DNA of 33,195 nucleotides from a virus (lineage: Duplodnaviria; Caudoviricetes). How positions within the stretch are numbered: the first letter of the stretch is position 1; each line of letters starts with the position of its first letter. Under the pieces are notes generated by a model, which saw nothing but the letters and a program-made list of their open reading frames with translations, searched no databases and had not been told where the DNA came from. The position numbers were made by a program, and so were the translations under genes. Positions 1 to 9,717 of this stretch are shown here, in pieces. The DNA is taken from IMG/VR virus record IMGVR_UViG_3300025598_000106, positions 1 to 33,195 of that record; one strand, given 5' to 3'.

Positions 1-57
1 CTGTTCGCCTGTGCCGATGAGTTGTATACGTAATGAGGTAGAATAGGTGGATGCCAT
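1..57 (-). CDS. Virion structural/tail-fibre-type protein, N-terminal fragment (runs off the window)
   Basis: Own translation MASTYSTSLRIQLIGTGEQ..., with AAGGA RBS upstream; resembles the MASTYS..L.I.LIGTGEQ N-termini of phage tail proteins. Confidence 0.7.
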   Translation of the reverse strand, partial: MASTYSTSLRIQLIGTGEQ

Positions 58-66
58 GTTAAATCC

Positions 67-969
67 TTATTGGGAATCGTCCACAGGAATCCAGCCCTGT
101 GGTGCGGTGTTGTCAATTATACTCCAATTTGGAGCCTGTGAATTACTAATAGAACTCCAAGTGCCTGATTGATTATCATTTATCTTAATCCATCCAGTAC
201 CTTGATGCTTATCAAGCATGTAGAAGGTTTCTACAATACTTAATGCAAATTGTGCTGTTACATTTTGTTGGCTTGCTGAATTTAAATTCTCGGTAAGCGT
301 TGTTAAGAATTGTGCAGAAGCTACACTAACATCAGCAGCATTTAAGTTCTCTGTAATGATTAAGAAGAACGCATTAACAATCGTAGCTGCATCCGCCATC
401 GTGATATTTTCAGTCACGCTACCTGTAAAGTTAGCGATCCCAATAATCGCATCTTGAACTGAAATCGGCTCTGTAATACTTGTTGCAAAACCAGCTTTAA
501 TTGTTGGCGTGTCTGCTAAGGTTATTGGTTCAGTAATGCTTGCAGCAAACTGGGCAGCTATTGCAATTATATCAGCAGCTGATATAGGTTCTACACGGGT
601 TTGCAGTGCAGCAAAGTATACTGTTGGTGTATCTAAGACATTAATGTTTTCTGTCGCGCTCGTTGCGAATTGTGCGCTGATTGTTTCTGTATCGCCTGAT
701 GTTAATGGCTCGGTGATTGATTGCAAGAATGTAGACGCCTGTGTACTTGAATCGCCTGCACCAAAGTTCTCGTTGATACTAAAAATTAAGATTGACCCTG
801 CTTCAGAATTGTTATCAGTTATCCCAAAGTTTTCAGTAATTGTCTGCCCAAATGTCCAGGTCTGTGAGTTGGTATCCGCCATCCCAATGTTTTCGCTAAG
901 CGTAGCAAAGTACGCATTTCCTGCAAGAGATGCGAATGAAGTTTGAGCAAAGGCAGATATACCGAACAT
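67..969 (-). CDS. Putative virion structural protein with about 12 tandem ~20-aa repeats (F-x3-[TS]-E-x-[ILF]-x3-D) and a Trp-repeat C-terminus
   Basis: 300-aa ORF in the tail module; repeats visible in the translation; TAATG coupling to the upstream ORF. Confidence 0.7.
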   Translation of the reverse strand: MFGISAFAQTSFASLAGNAYFATLSENIGMADTNSQTWTFGQTITENFGITDNNSEAGSILIFSINENFGAGDSSTQASTFLQSITEPLTSGDTETISAQFATSATENINVLDTPTVYFAALQTRVEPISAADIIAIAAQFAASITEPITLADTPTIKAGFATSITEPISVQDAIIGIANFTGSVTENITMADAATIVNAFFLIITENLNAADVSVASAQFLTTLTENLNSASQQNVTAQFALSIVETFYMLDKHQGTGWIKINDNQSGTWSSISNSQAPNWSIIDNTAPQGWIPVDDSQ

Positions 970-1115
970 TAATCGGCAACCTCAACCAATGCAATCAACT
1001 CTTTAAGTTTTTTTGCTCCAAACTCTGCACCTGTAGACGTTTCCCACCATCCACCATTAAGCTCGGTTTCATCTATGCCTTTTAATAGTTCTTTAATTTG
1101 TTCTATTAAACTCAT
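969..1115 (-). CDS. Small hypothetical protein (48 aa, MSLIEQIKELLKGIDETELNGGWWETSTGAEFGAKKLKELIALVEVAD)
   Basis: Not in the ORF track; fills the gap exactly, with ATGA and TAATG overlaps on either side. Confidence 0.7.
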   Translation of the reverse strand: MSLIEQIKELLKGIDETELNGGWWETSTGAEFGAKKLKELIALVEVAD

Positions 1116-1297
1116 TCTGTCACCTCTGCTGGTTCTGGTGTGTTGCCTTCAGCTACCCATGCTAAATAGGCTTGGTAATCTCTATTAAATTCATTAAATG
1201 GAATTGATGAGATTGAACCATCATCATTAAACCTATTAATAGCCATTGATTCTGTATTGCCTTTAGCTGGTGGGCATAATTGATATTGAATTGTCAT
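1112..1297 (-). CDS. Tail fibre assembly chaperone-like small protein (copy 1)
   Basis: IPF...[20 protein letters not shown] motif; directly follows a fibre gene; start refined to MTIQYQ at 1297. Confidence 0.7.
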   Translation of the reverse strand: MTIQYQLCPPAKGNTESMAINRFNDDGSISSIPFNEFNRDYQAYLAWVAEGNTPEPAEVTE

Positions 1298-1298
1298 T

Positions 1299-2654
1299 TT
1301 AAATCTCCGCATCTACTTTTATACTAGCGCCTGATTGCAATACAATATAGCCAGTCGCACTTAAAGTCCCTGCAGTTACTCCACTAGATACTCCAAAAAA
1401 TAAATTTGAACCTCTAACACCTGTACCAACATAAGTTCCCCCATAAGAAGTCATAAAAAATGATGTATTTGCCATAGATGACCATGATACTGATGTAGGA
1501 TTTGTTACTGTAACAGTTGGAGCAATGCGTTTTGGATAATAAATTAATGCTGTTTCAGGTCTGTTGTTTACATCAACTTGAGCTAAACCTTGATTTAAAC
1601 CACATTCAACATCAGAGTTAAATACTTCACAATATCTGCGACACATATCAAATTCAACATTATATGCTCTCCAATCAAATGATGTTGGGAATCCACCTTT
1701 TTCTAATTGAATCCCTGCAAGTAATGTTGTGGATGCACCGCTAGAGCCACGACCTATACCAATACCAACTCCATTAGTAGCTGTTGAAGGTATAGAAGCA
1801 AACGTATAAGAATAATATGTCCATGAGCCTGATGGGGAAGCTGATAATACATAATTTGTTGCTGTTTGTGTAGCATAATTATCTGCACCTGCCGTTGCTG
1901 TATATAGATTTACTTGTAAATTATCAGACCCACTACTATTTTTAGCCCAAAAAGATAATGTTACATTTGCGCCACCTAAATCTTTACAGTTTAAAGACTC
2001 AATACGCTGTGTCATTGAAATACCTGTACCAGCCATACTTAATGAGTATTGGAATCCTGCTGGAACATCAGTAGATTGAGATATTGTTGCATTTGATGAA
2101 GCTGATTGATATTCATACCATCTATCTGCCGTATAAACACCTGCATTACCAGCTTGAGTAAATGAAGTACCACGTTGCCAAACGCTAAAATTGCCATTAA
2201 TTAAACGATTTTTAAAGCCAAACGTAGATGCTGAACTAAATGCAGTGGCATTATTATTGCTACCATTAGTGAAATAAAGTTCACCAGCAGAGGAAATTAC
2301 TTGATAGCCCCATTGAGAAGCTGCGGTGCTATCAACATATTGAACATAAGCATATCCTGATGTAGCATTTCCACGAACTCTAACACCACCTGTAGAACCT
2401 ATGTTTGGTGTAGTTGCATCAACAAGTCCTGTAATTGTTAAATTACCACTAGAGTTAATTGTCATTAATTGACTACGGCTTGATGGGCCACCGTTATACC
2501 AAGTAATTCCATCAGCAGAACCTACAGTTACACGACCATTGCCTGTTACATAATCAACAACAATACCATCTGTATAAGAACCACCATAAGTAGTTTGAGC
2601 ATACAACCCACCTGATGCGTTTACGCCATTGGTTCCGTCAATAATTACGCTCAT
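1299..2654 (-). CDS. Tail fibre / receptor-binding protein with carbohydrate-binding-like domain (copy 1)
   Basis: G/S/T-rich; [26 protein letters not shown] and C-terminal DAEI motifs; paralogue of 2824-4083. Confidence 0.75.
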   Translation of the reverse strand: MSVIIDGTNGVNASGGLYAQTTYGGSYTDGIVVDYVTGNGRVTVGSADGITWYNGGPSSRSQLMTINSSGNLTITGLVDATTPNIGSTGGVRVRGNATSGYAYVQYVDSTAASQWGYQVISSAGELYFTNGSNNNATAFSSASTFGFKNRLINGNFSVWQRGTSFTQAGNAGVYTADRWYEYQSASSNATISQSTDVPAGFQYSLSMAGTGISMTQRIESLNCKDLGGANVTLSFWAKNSSGSDNLQVNLYTATAGADNYATQTATNYVLSASPSGSWTYYSYTFASIPSTATNGVGIGIGRGSSGASTTLLAGIQLEKGGFPTSFDWRAYNVEFDMCRRYCEVFNSDVECGLNQGLAQVDVNNRPETALIYYPKRIAPTVTVTNPTSVSWSSMANTSFFMTSYGGTYVGTGVRGSNLFFGVSSGVTAGTLSATGYIVLQSGASIKVDAEI

Positions 2655-2821
2655 ACTTGTGCCTCATCCGCTGGTTCTGGTGTGTTGCCTTCTTCAAGCC
2701 ATGCTAGATATGCTTGGTAGTCTGTGTTGGCTGGGTCAAATGGGATGCAAGCACCATCAGAAATACGTTTAATTTGATTTGTAACAATTTGCCCATCTAT
2801 TAATTTAATGTATATATACAT
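2651..2821 (-). CDS. Tail fibre assembly chaperone-like small protein (copy 2)
   Basis: [26 protein letters not shown] motif; start refined to MYIYIK at 2821. Confidence 0.7.
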   Translation of the reverse strand: MYIYIKLIDGQIVTNQIKRISDGACIPFDPANTDYQAYLAWLEEGNTPEPADEAQV

Positions 2822-2823
2822 TT

Positions 2824-4083
2824 TTAAAGCTCCGCAGAAGCAGTCCAATGACCAAAAATTGAATAGTAAACATTATTAGTCACGTTTTGAAGAACACTAA
2901 ATCCACCAGCACCTTGATTTGCAAATAAAACTGTATTAGCAGACCAATTCACTGTTGATGACGCAGATGTTGATACATACGCCCAATATCCAGAGTTGTT
3001 TCCATATGCAGTAATTGTAGCAGCCGTTCTTTTTTGCACAGCAAATCTAATTGGACCACCAAATAATGAATTGTTTCCAGCTACTGTTGCAGAACTTCCA
3101 TTCCCTGTAGCCAAACTTGTTGAGTTTGCTCCATTAGCAGGAGCAGTTCCATCATCAAATGATTTTTCATAATACCTCTGACACAAAGCCAACTCTGTAC
3201 CATAAGGTCTATAGTCAAATGATGTAGCGTTGCTGCCTTTTTCTAGTTGAACGCCTGTGATGTAGAAGGTAGCACCGTTAGTTCCGACTACTGATACTGA
3301 TCCAGTAACGCCGTTTACGTTTGCAGAACCCCAAGCACCGCCTGTACCTAAAAAGTTAGCACCTGATCCAACATTATATACAACTGTTAATCCAGCGCCA
3401 TTATTTGTCAACCAAGTACCTGTTGTATCACCAGGGATAGTTAAAGAAATTGTAGTCCATGTATTTGCTACAGGAACTGAATAGCTAAATGGATAAACTC
3501 TATCTCCAGCATTATTTTTTATAGAGCCACTAAATGTACCTGTTAGGCTTGAATAAACTTTAAATGATAATGTTACAGCAGAAGCAGAAGCTGTACCCCA
3601 TGCTAAATCAGCGATGTTGTAACCTTCAATTGATTGAAAGAATACAAACGTATCAGTAGAAGTAACTGAATAAGCAGAAGATGAAGTAAGTTTTAAGCTA
3701 GTAGAAAAACCTGCTGGCACTGTACTTGATTGTTGCAATGTAAATTTACTTGCTTGAGTTACATAGTTTGCCCATCTATCCAACCCATATTGAACTCCAC
3801 TTGTAGGCGTAAACACCGCCCCAGCATTACGCTGGTCTATCATCATCGCACCATTAATTAAACGATTCTTGAAGCCGTAGTAGCCTGTTGATGTACCTGT
3901 GCCGCCGTAGGCTTCGGCTACTGTGCCTGATGTGATTGCAGAACCACTAATGCCTGTTGTTGATGCGGTGGTGAGTACCGTGCCAGATGTTGCTGGCAAT
4001 GTAAGTGTAGTAGACCCTGCTACTGAGGGAGCTTGAAGTGTGACTGAACCGCTGACATCGCCAGCTATAACTACGCTACTCAT
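2824..4083 (-). CDS. Tail fibre / receptor-binding protein with carbohydrate-binding-like domain (copy 2)
   Basis: [41 protein letters not shown] and C-terminal SAEL motifs. Confidence 0.75.
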   Translation of the reverse strand: MSSVVIAGDVSGSVTLQAPSVAGSTTLTLPATSGTVLTTASTTGISGSAITSGTVAEAYGGTGTSTGYYGFKNRLINGAMMIDQRNAGAVFTPTSGVQYGLDRWANYVTQASKFTLQQSSTVPAGFSTSLKLTSSSAYSVTSTDTFVFFQSIEGYNIADLAWGTASASAVTLSFKVYSSLTGTFSGSIKNNAGDRVYPFSYSVPVANTWTTISLTIPGDTTGTWLTNNGAGLTVVYNVGSGANFLGTGGAWGSANVNGVTGSVSVVGTNGATFYITGVQLEKGSNATSFDYRPYGTELALCQRYYEKSFDDGTAPANGANSTSLATGNGSSATVAGNNSLFGGPIRFAVQKRTAATITAYGNNSGYWAYVSTSASSTVNWSANTVLFANQGAGGFSVLQNVTNNVYYSIFGHWTASAEL

Positions 4084-5393
4084 TTAGCCTCCAATACTTT
4101 AATTTGTTCTGCTTGTGCGTCTATGATAGCTTTTAATTCTTGAATAGATTTAACTAATAATGGAACGATTTTGCTATAATCAACACCCCAAGGAATATCA
4201 ATAGTGCCATCTTCTTTGTCTTTACCTTCAATAACGGCTTGAGGAACAATAGTTTGCAAGTCTTGAGCAATAAAACCATATTCAACATGAGTTTCATCAT
4301 CAATCCAGTCATGGCTTACTACTTTTGTAGATAATATTTTATCAATAGCTGATGGTGCATCTTCAATGTTTTTCTTTAATCTAACGTCAGAAGATGTTGG
4401 GAACGCTGTTGCAGAGGATGTGCATGAAATACCGCCAACATAAGTCCCTGAAGCATTATAATTAGACCAAGGATATGAAGTTCCTGTGTTAGATGAAATT
4501 TGTGCATTAACCCCATTTGCTGTTCCAGTTGGAACTTTAATTACTACTGAAGATGTTGCTGGATTTGTTAATTGCCCAACTAAAACAGTACCACCAGAAT
4601 CAATACGCATACTTTCAGTGCTTGTGCCACTTACGTTACGACTAAATGTCATTGTTGAAGTAGTTGCAATATTAAGTGATGCACTTAATCCAATAGATGT
4701 TGAGCCTGTTGTTGGTGTTCCAGAATAGCTTACTTGGAAGCCTGGATATGCACTAAAGTTAGTATTGCCAGTTGTGTCGCCATCTAGTAAAAGACCTAAA
4801 AACCTAACATTACTTGTATTTGTTGCATTTCTTTGAATAACTAATTGGTCATAATTCCAATTTGTATTAGAGTTAAGATAAGTGGTAACCGCTAAATTTG
4901 ATGAACCTAAATATGTATTATATGTAGAATATAAATTAACCGCTGCCCTAATAGAGCCATTTACATCTAATTTTTGGCTCGGGCTAGTATAACCAATACC
5001 TACGTTACCAGAGGAATCAATACGCATACGTTCTGTATTATTAGTGCCAAATACCATAGGATATGCGCCAGAACCCAATAATGTCGCACCATACGCAGCA
5101 CTTAATATTTGATTTCCTGAACTATTATCTAATCCAACATAAAAGTTTTGTCCTGTATTGCTAAATATATTATATGCAGCGTTAGTGCCTGTTGTAGATA
5201 ATACTCGTTGATTTCCTGTTGCACTTTGCACATCCAATTTATAAGTAGGGCTACTTGTACCAATGCCCACGTTCTGACTTGTATCAATTGTGACTGCTGC
5301 TGTGCCGCCTGTTTGAAGTTGCAGTACTCCGCTTGCGTCTGCTGATGAGACTATCCCTGCTGGACTTGTAGATGCATTAATTGTTGATGCCAT
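4080..5393 (-). CDS. Tail fibre with C-terminal intramolecular chaperone (peptidase S74 autocleavage domain)
   Basis: Repeated ERMRIDSSGNVGIG-type fibre units; TSSDVRLKKNI...GFIAQDL...VDYSKIVPLLVKSIQEL is the S74 signature. Confidence 0.85.
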   Translation of the reverse strand: MASTINASTSPAGIVSSADASGVLQLQTGGTAAVTIDTSQNVGIGTSSPTYKLDVQSATGNQRVLSTTGTNAAYNIFSNTGQNFYVGLDNSSGNQILSAAYGATLLGSGAYPMVFGTNNTERMRIDSSGNVGIGYTSPSQKLDVNGSIRAAVNLYSTYNTYLGSSNLAVTTYLNSNTNWNYDQLVIQRNATNTSNVRFLGLLLDGDTTGNTNFSAYPGFQVSYSGTPTTGSTSIGLSASLNIATTSTMTFSRNVSGTSTESMRIDSGGTVLVGQLTNPATSSVVIKVPTGTANGVNAQISSNTGTSYPWSNYNASGTYVGGISCTSSATAFPTSSDVRLKKNIEDAPSAIDKILSTKVVSHDWIDDETHVEYGFIAQDLQTIVPQAVIEGKDKEDGTIDIPWGVDYSKIVPLLVKSIQELKAIIDAQAEQIKVLEAK

Positions 5394-5394
5394 A

Positions 5395-6864
5395 TTAAAT
5401 TACCACCCATCGTGAGCCTGACGGCACTGTTACTGATTGACCTGAAGCTACCGTTACTGGCCCTGCTGAAGAAGCACTATAGCCACTAGGAATACTGTAA
5501 GAAGCTGAAACTGTTTGGTTGTTCACTACAATACCATTAGACGCTGACAACACTGGCGCTGTTAATGTTGATGAGCTATATGTTAATGCTGACCCAGTCG
5601 TTAATGCGCTTGTAGATGTTGCATAAACAATACCACCTGAAGTAAAGCTAGTTAAGCCTGTACCACCATTTGTTGTTGCTAAAGTCCCTGCAAGTGTTAC
5701 TGCACCTGTCGTTGCTGTGCTTGGCGTAAAGCCTGTTGTACCTGCACTAAAGGAGCTGACAAGTGAGCTTGAGATTGTAGACCATGTAGGTGCTGCGCCT
5801 GTGTTGCCTGTTAATACTTGGCCTGTTGTACCTGCTGCTGTAACACCCAATGCAGAAGTGCCATTACCATAAATAACCCCGTTAGCCGTTGCGCTTGTAG
5901 CCCCTGTACCGCCTGCTGCAACTGGTAATGTACCTGCAGTTAACGTTGAAGATGATGTTGAGTAAAGGGCATTATTAGCTGCAGCAAAACCTGTTAAGCC
6001 TGTACCACCATAACCTGAAGCGATTGTAGTGCCGTTCCATACAGCGTTAATTATTGTTGCGTTACCGAAAGATGCAGATGTATTGTTAAAGTCGTATGAA
6101 GCAGGTATTAAGCTGTAGGCAATCCACGTACCAGCACTTGTGCTATTATCTAAAAGTGTCCAGTAATCAATCGCACCGCCAATCACCACATCCAAAGTAG
6201 TAGACGCATTATCAACAACTGTAAGAGTGCCTGTTGAGCCGTTATTAACAATAAAGATAAAGCCCTTTTGCAGTGTTGTTGCATCGGGTAGTTTAACAGT
6301 CTGAGTTGTTGTACCTGTAAAGCGTTGGTACTGAGTAGAAGCGCTTGTTAGCGTTGTTGTCCCAGCTGCCGTTACGGTACTTGTAAATCCAAGCAATATA
6401 TTATTTGCAGTGATGTTCGCATTAGCATCACGTAAAACTACAGAGTTAGCGCCTGAAGAACTTGTTACGCCAGTACCACCGTATGCAACACCAACTGTCG
6501 TACCTTGCCATACACCTGATGCGATTGTTCCTAGTGCTGATACGTTACCTGAACCGTCTAGATTAACAGACTTCTCTGATGGGTATGTAACAAAGACTGT
6601 CACTGTACCTGAGAATGTAACCGCAGAGCCTGAGTTACTTGAAGCTAAAATGGTTGTGCGAGTTAAGGTAGGGCCTGTTGTTGAATACGTGCCGATACCT
6701 ACTTCCCAGTTTCCTGTAGTATCAGTTGCACCATAAAATGTTGTATTGCCATTACCAACAACGGTAAATGCTTGGAAACCTTGAACAGACCCACTTAGGG
6801 TAAAGCTAACTGTGGTATTAGCCGTACCCGTCTGCGCAACACGGTCGTATAACGCTAGAGCCAT
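5395..6864 (-). CDS. Tail fibre / fibre-adaptor protein
   Basis: N-terminal MAL.L.DRV..T...WEVGIGTY domain, repeated V/L-x2-GGTG units, C-terminal ..SAGPVTVASGQSVTVPSGSRWVVI domain. Confidence 0.75.
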   Translation of the reverse strand: MALALYDRVAQTGTANTTVSFTLSGSVQGFQAFTVVGNGNTTFYGATDTTGNWEVGIGTYSTTGPTLTRTTILASSNSGSAVTFSGTVTVFVTYPSEKSVNLDGSGNVSALGTIASGVWQGTTVGVAYGGTGVTSSSGANSVVLRDANANITANNILLGFTSTVTAAGTTTLTSASTQYQRFTGTTTQTVKLPDATTLQKGFIFIVNNGSTGTLTVVDNASTTLDVVIGGAIDYWTLLDNSTSAGTWIAYSLIPASYDFNNTSASFGNATIINAVWNGTTIASGYGGTGLTGFAAANNALYSTSSSTLTAGTLPVAAGGTGATSATANGVIYGNGTSALGVTAAGTTGQVLTGNTGAAPTWSTISSSLVSSFSAGTTGFTPSTATTGAVTLAGTLATTNGGTGLTSFTSGGIVYATSTSALTTGSALTYSSSTLTAPVLSASNGIVVNNQTVSASYSIPSGYSASSAGPVTVASGQSVTVPSGSRWVVI

Positions 6865-6874
6865 TTAGGACTCC

Positions 6875-7483
6875 TTAGCTTGTTGCAGTTGTAGAGTATG
6901 TAACGCTTACTGTATCGCCAGCTGTTGTAATTTTAGCTGTAGCAAATGCACCTGCACTGTATAAAGTACCGCTTGTATTGTTTTGAGTGCTTGAAGCACC
7001 TGAACCTGTACATAAGAAACAACCACCAACTGTACCGCCTGCACCTGTGATGGTGTAAGTAATCGCTGTCGCTGCTGATGTTGTTACGTTTGTAGGTGTT
7101 GTACCTGTTGAGGTAGAAGCTGCAAATACTGCTGTACCACGAACTGCTGAACCACCAACTGTGTAGTTAGTGAATTCTGTCCAACCTGAGTGTGATGTCA
7201 TTGTGTCAGCCGCAGTAAATGTTGGGCTTGCACCTGAAATCAACCCTAAGAATGGGCCTGTAGTTGTGTAAGTACCTGATGTGCGTAATAGCGTATCAAG
7301 CAATAGTTGTTTACCAACAGCGTTCACTAGGTTAGGGAATGACTCTTCCCATTTTAAGTTACCTGCTGCATCACGGCATTCAACGTGGTATACACCTTCA
7401 ATACCAACCGTTTCGTTATCGGCAACATTTGCAGCCATTGTGGCTACAGCGCTATCGCCAAAACCCTGTAATTCTTTAATCAT
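6875..7483 (-). CDS. Virion structural protein (tail-associated)
   Basis: T/G/A/S-rich beta protein; G.Y.VEC.D..G.LKWE...PNLV...G motif; late-operon context. Confidence 0.6.
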   Translation of the reverse strand: MIKELQGFGDSAVATMAANVADNETVGIEGVYHVECRDAAGNLKWEESFPNLVNAVGKQLLLDTLLRTSGTYTTTGPFLGLISGASPTFTAADTMTSHSGWTEFTNYTVGGSAVRGTAVFAASTSTGTTPTNVTTSAATAITYTITGAGGTVGGCFLCTGSGASSTQNNTSGTLYSAGAFATAKITTAGDTVSVTYSTTATS

Positions 7484-7492
7484 AATAAACTC

Positions 7493-7918
7493 CTAAGAAA
7501 TTCTTAAAATGGCAGATGTTGAATTTGCCGTTGGAAATGTAATTGTAAAGCTGCTGGTTGCTGTTTTATCAGAGCCAAAATTCAATACAAAACAAGCCGC
7601 ATTTGTTGTGCTATTGTAAACTAAAGCACCCCTACAAGTAAAACTTGCAGGACTCCAAGTAACATTGCCAAAAGTAACATAAGCAGTATTTGTCGTATTG
7701 TCATAAGCCACACTAGGAGTCAGTATTTTACCACCAGCAGTATACCCAGTCCCAGTGACTTCATTCACTGTAGTATATGCGGCAGTTGTTGAGTTTAATG
7801 TTGCATTAGCATTATACAGGGCAATCTTATAAACATAAGGCGTACCAGTATTAAAGTTTTCAACACCACTTAATACATTGTTCTTAAAAATAGTTGTTGC
7901 TGTTTGGGTAATGGGCAT
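7493..7918 (-). CDS. Virion structural protein (tail-associated)
   Basis: YKIALY...T.Y...NEVTGTGYTAGG..L...RGALVYN...VLNFGSDKT motif, which recurs in phage tail modules. Confidence 0.65.
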   Translation of the reverse strand: MPITQTATTIFKNNVLSGVENFNTGTPYVYKIALYNANATLNSTTAAYTTVNEVTGTGYTAGGKILTPSVAYDNTTNTAYVTFGNVTWSPASFTCRGALVYNSTTNAACFVLNFGSDKTATSSFTITFPTANSTSAILRIS

Positions 7919-8838
7919 TATGTTTTAACCTTTAATTTGGTTTGACCATCACGATAAGCATCACCACGTTCAAGACCATCGCATAGGCGTTTCAATTGAC
8001 CAAGCGCTTCTTGGAATTTATTCTCAATATCAGTAATCATATCTGGCTCTTGTTTTTGGAAGAGCGCTGCTTCACGCAATGCACCATAAAACAATACAGG
8101 ATCAAAGTTAATGCCTAGCCATGATGTGCCTGTTGCATTTGTAACAGCTGATACGGTAAATGATAAGCCAGTACCTGAGTTACCCAAATACGTATTGCTT
8201 GCGCTTAATACATCGCCTACAGTGTAGAACTGACCGCCATTTTGAATCGTAACAGATGTAACTTGACCTGTGCCACTAACAATAATATTAGCCGTTGCGC
8301 TAGATCCAGAACCACCAGTTAATGGAACTTCATAATAAGCACCTGGTGCATAAGATGAACCTGGCGTTACTGTACCAATTGTAAATATCTCACCCTGTAC
8401 AATGGTGGGTGGATAGTAGAAATAATGTAATTCTGTATTATAGTTTTGATCAGGAGTTGGTCCAACAATGAACGTTAAGTCATTGATATTACTCAAAGAA
8501 GATCCAAATAATGCGTAATGCGTTGGCATCCCTGTCGTTGTAGGATTAGGGAATGCTTCACGAATATAGTTAACGTCTTTGTTCAACATATAGTTGTAGT
8601 TGCCAGACGAGTCAATTACAGCAACAGAATATGTAGCAAGCCAGTCAGTTGGCAATGTTAAATATTGGTTACTTGCCGTAAATGTACCAGTAACATTTTT
8701 ACGCAAAACAGGGACATGGACAGAGTTAAAAATTCTGTCTTCTGCTTCTTGGACAAAACGTGGTATGTTAGCTACAAAAGTAGCTTCCGTAGACTCCATG
8801 TAGTCCTGAATTGCTTGCTGTAATTGAACGTAATTCAT
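7918..8838 (-). CDS. Head-tail adaptor / tail tubular-type protein with an inserted beta domain
   Basis: MNY.QL..AIQDY.E...IP.FV..AE.RI N-terminus, GPTPD..Y..ELHYFY.P, and a helical C-terminus (LFYGAL.EA..F.K.E). Confidence 0.65.
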   Translation of the reverse strand: MNYVQLQQAIQDYMESTEATFVANIPRFVQEAEDRIFNSVHVPVLRKNVTGTFTASNQYLTLPTDWLATYSVAVIDSSGNYNYMLNKDVNYIREAFPNPTTTGMPTHYALFGSSLSNINDLTFIVGPTPDQNYNTELHYFYYPPTIVQGEIFTIGTVTPGSSYAPGAYYEVPLTGGSGSSATANIIVSGTGQVTSVTIQNGGQFYTVGDVLSASNTYLGNSGTGLSFTVSAVTNATGTSWLGINFDPVLFYGALREAALFQKQEPDMITDIENKFQEALGQLKRLCDGLERGDAYRDGQTKLKVKT

Positions 8839-9077
8839 TACGCCATAGGCCCACGAGCCTTGGTGCCTTTAGTAGCTGCACCGCAACCACGAATAGTGAT
8901 GCCTTCAGTTTCTGTTTTCTCACCCTTAAAACCAATGCTTACATCCATTGCTGGAGATTCAGAATCAATTTCATCGTATGAGTATTTGTTTGGATCTTTA
9001 GACCCACGTTTATTTTCTTCCATGTTCACTCCATGTGGCTTTGCATAATCTGACGCTGGTAGATTATTCTTAGCCAT
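8838..9077 (-). CDS. Small protein with basic C-terminal RGCGAATKG motif (putative internal virion protein)
   Basis: 79-aa ORF tightly coupled to neighbours. Confidence 0.6.
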   Translation of the reverse strand: MAKNNLPASDYAKPHGVNMEENKRGSKDPNKYSYDEIDSESPAMDVSIGFKGEKTETEGITIRGCGAATKGTKARGPMA

Positions 9078-9079
9078 GA

Positions 9080-9271
9080 TTATTTGCTTTGGTTTTTAGC
9101 ACGGGCTAAGTTACGACCCATCTTCTTCATTGCTTCACCTGTTACAGATGATGCGCCTTTTTTACCTTTTGCACCGCTTTCAATTGCTACGGTTGGACCT
9201 GAATCACCAAGGTTAGTGCCTTTAGTTTTACCTTTGGTGTTAATACCACCTGCTGCTGTTCTGAAACCCAT
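9080..9271 (-). CDS. Small Lys/Gly-rich basic protein (putative internal virion protein)
   Basis: 63 aa; AGGAG RBS; shares KGKTKG and NLGDSGPTVA with 12433-12933. Confidence 0.65.
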   Translation of the reverse strand: MGFRTAAGGINTKGKTKGTNLGDSGPTVAIESGAKGKKGASSVTGEAMKKMGRNLARAKNQSK

Positions 9272-9280
9272 GTTAAACTC

Positions 9281-9715
9281 CTAAGTTGTTGTAATCGTTA
9301 CTGTACCAATTAACACTACTGGTATCAAGTAATTTGGTGTTAATACTGTATCAAATGTGCTTGCACCACCTACTGGTGCCCAGCCCCATTGAATCTGCCT
9401 ACTACCATCCTGTGAGTATCCATAAGCATCTGTATTAGTTACTGTAGGATCATAAGGATTTGTTTGCAATCCAGTAGTTCCTGATACTTGATAACTCACA
9501 TCTGGACGAGGTTCACGTACAGCTTGTGGGTCATTAACAGGATACATCCCCAATTGAAGCTGTGGCTGATCAGGATTCCAACACTCAGGGCATGCTTTAA
9601 TTGGAACCAACTTGGTTTTAATAGTAAGTTTTTTTAGTTCCCTTAACTTATATCTTTGTCCACAAATATCACACTCTGCAATTGCGTGTTTGCCACTAGA
9701 ATACTTGGTAGCCAT
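9281..9715 (-). CDS. Hypothetical protein with CxxC...CxxC zinc-binding motif
   Basis: CDICG...CPECW..DQPQL..G...DPQA.REPRPD. Confidence 0.65.
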   Translation of the reverse strand: MATKYSSGKHAIAECDICGQRYKLRELKKLTIKTKLVPIKACPECWNPDQPQLQLGMYPVNDPQAVREPRPDVSYQVSGTTGLQTNPYDPTVTNTDAYGYSQDGSRQIQWGWAPVGGASTFDTVLTPNYLIPVVLIGTVTITTT

Positions 9716-9717
9716 AG

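Noticed and set aside
1112-4083. Paralogous fibre genes considered as a diversity-generating retroelement or invertible shufflon
   Set aside because: No reverse transcriptase or invertase, no adenine-specific TR/VR pair, and both copies are in the same orientation
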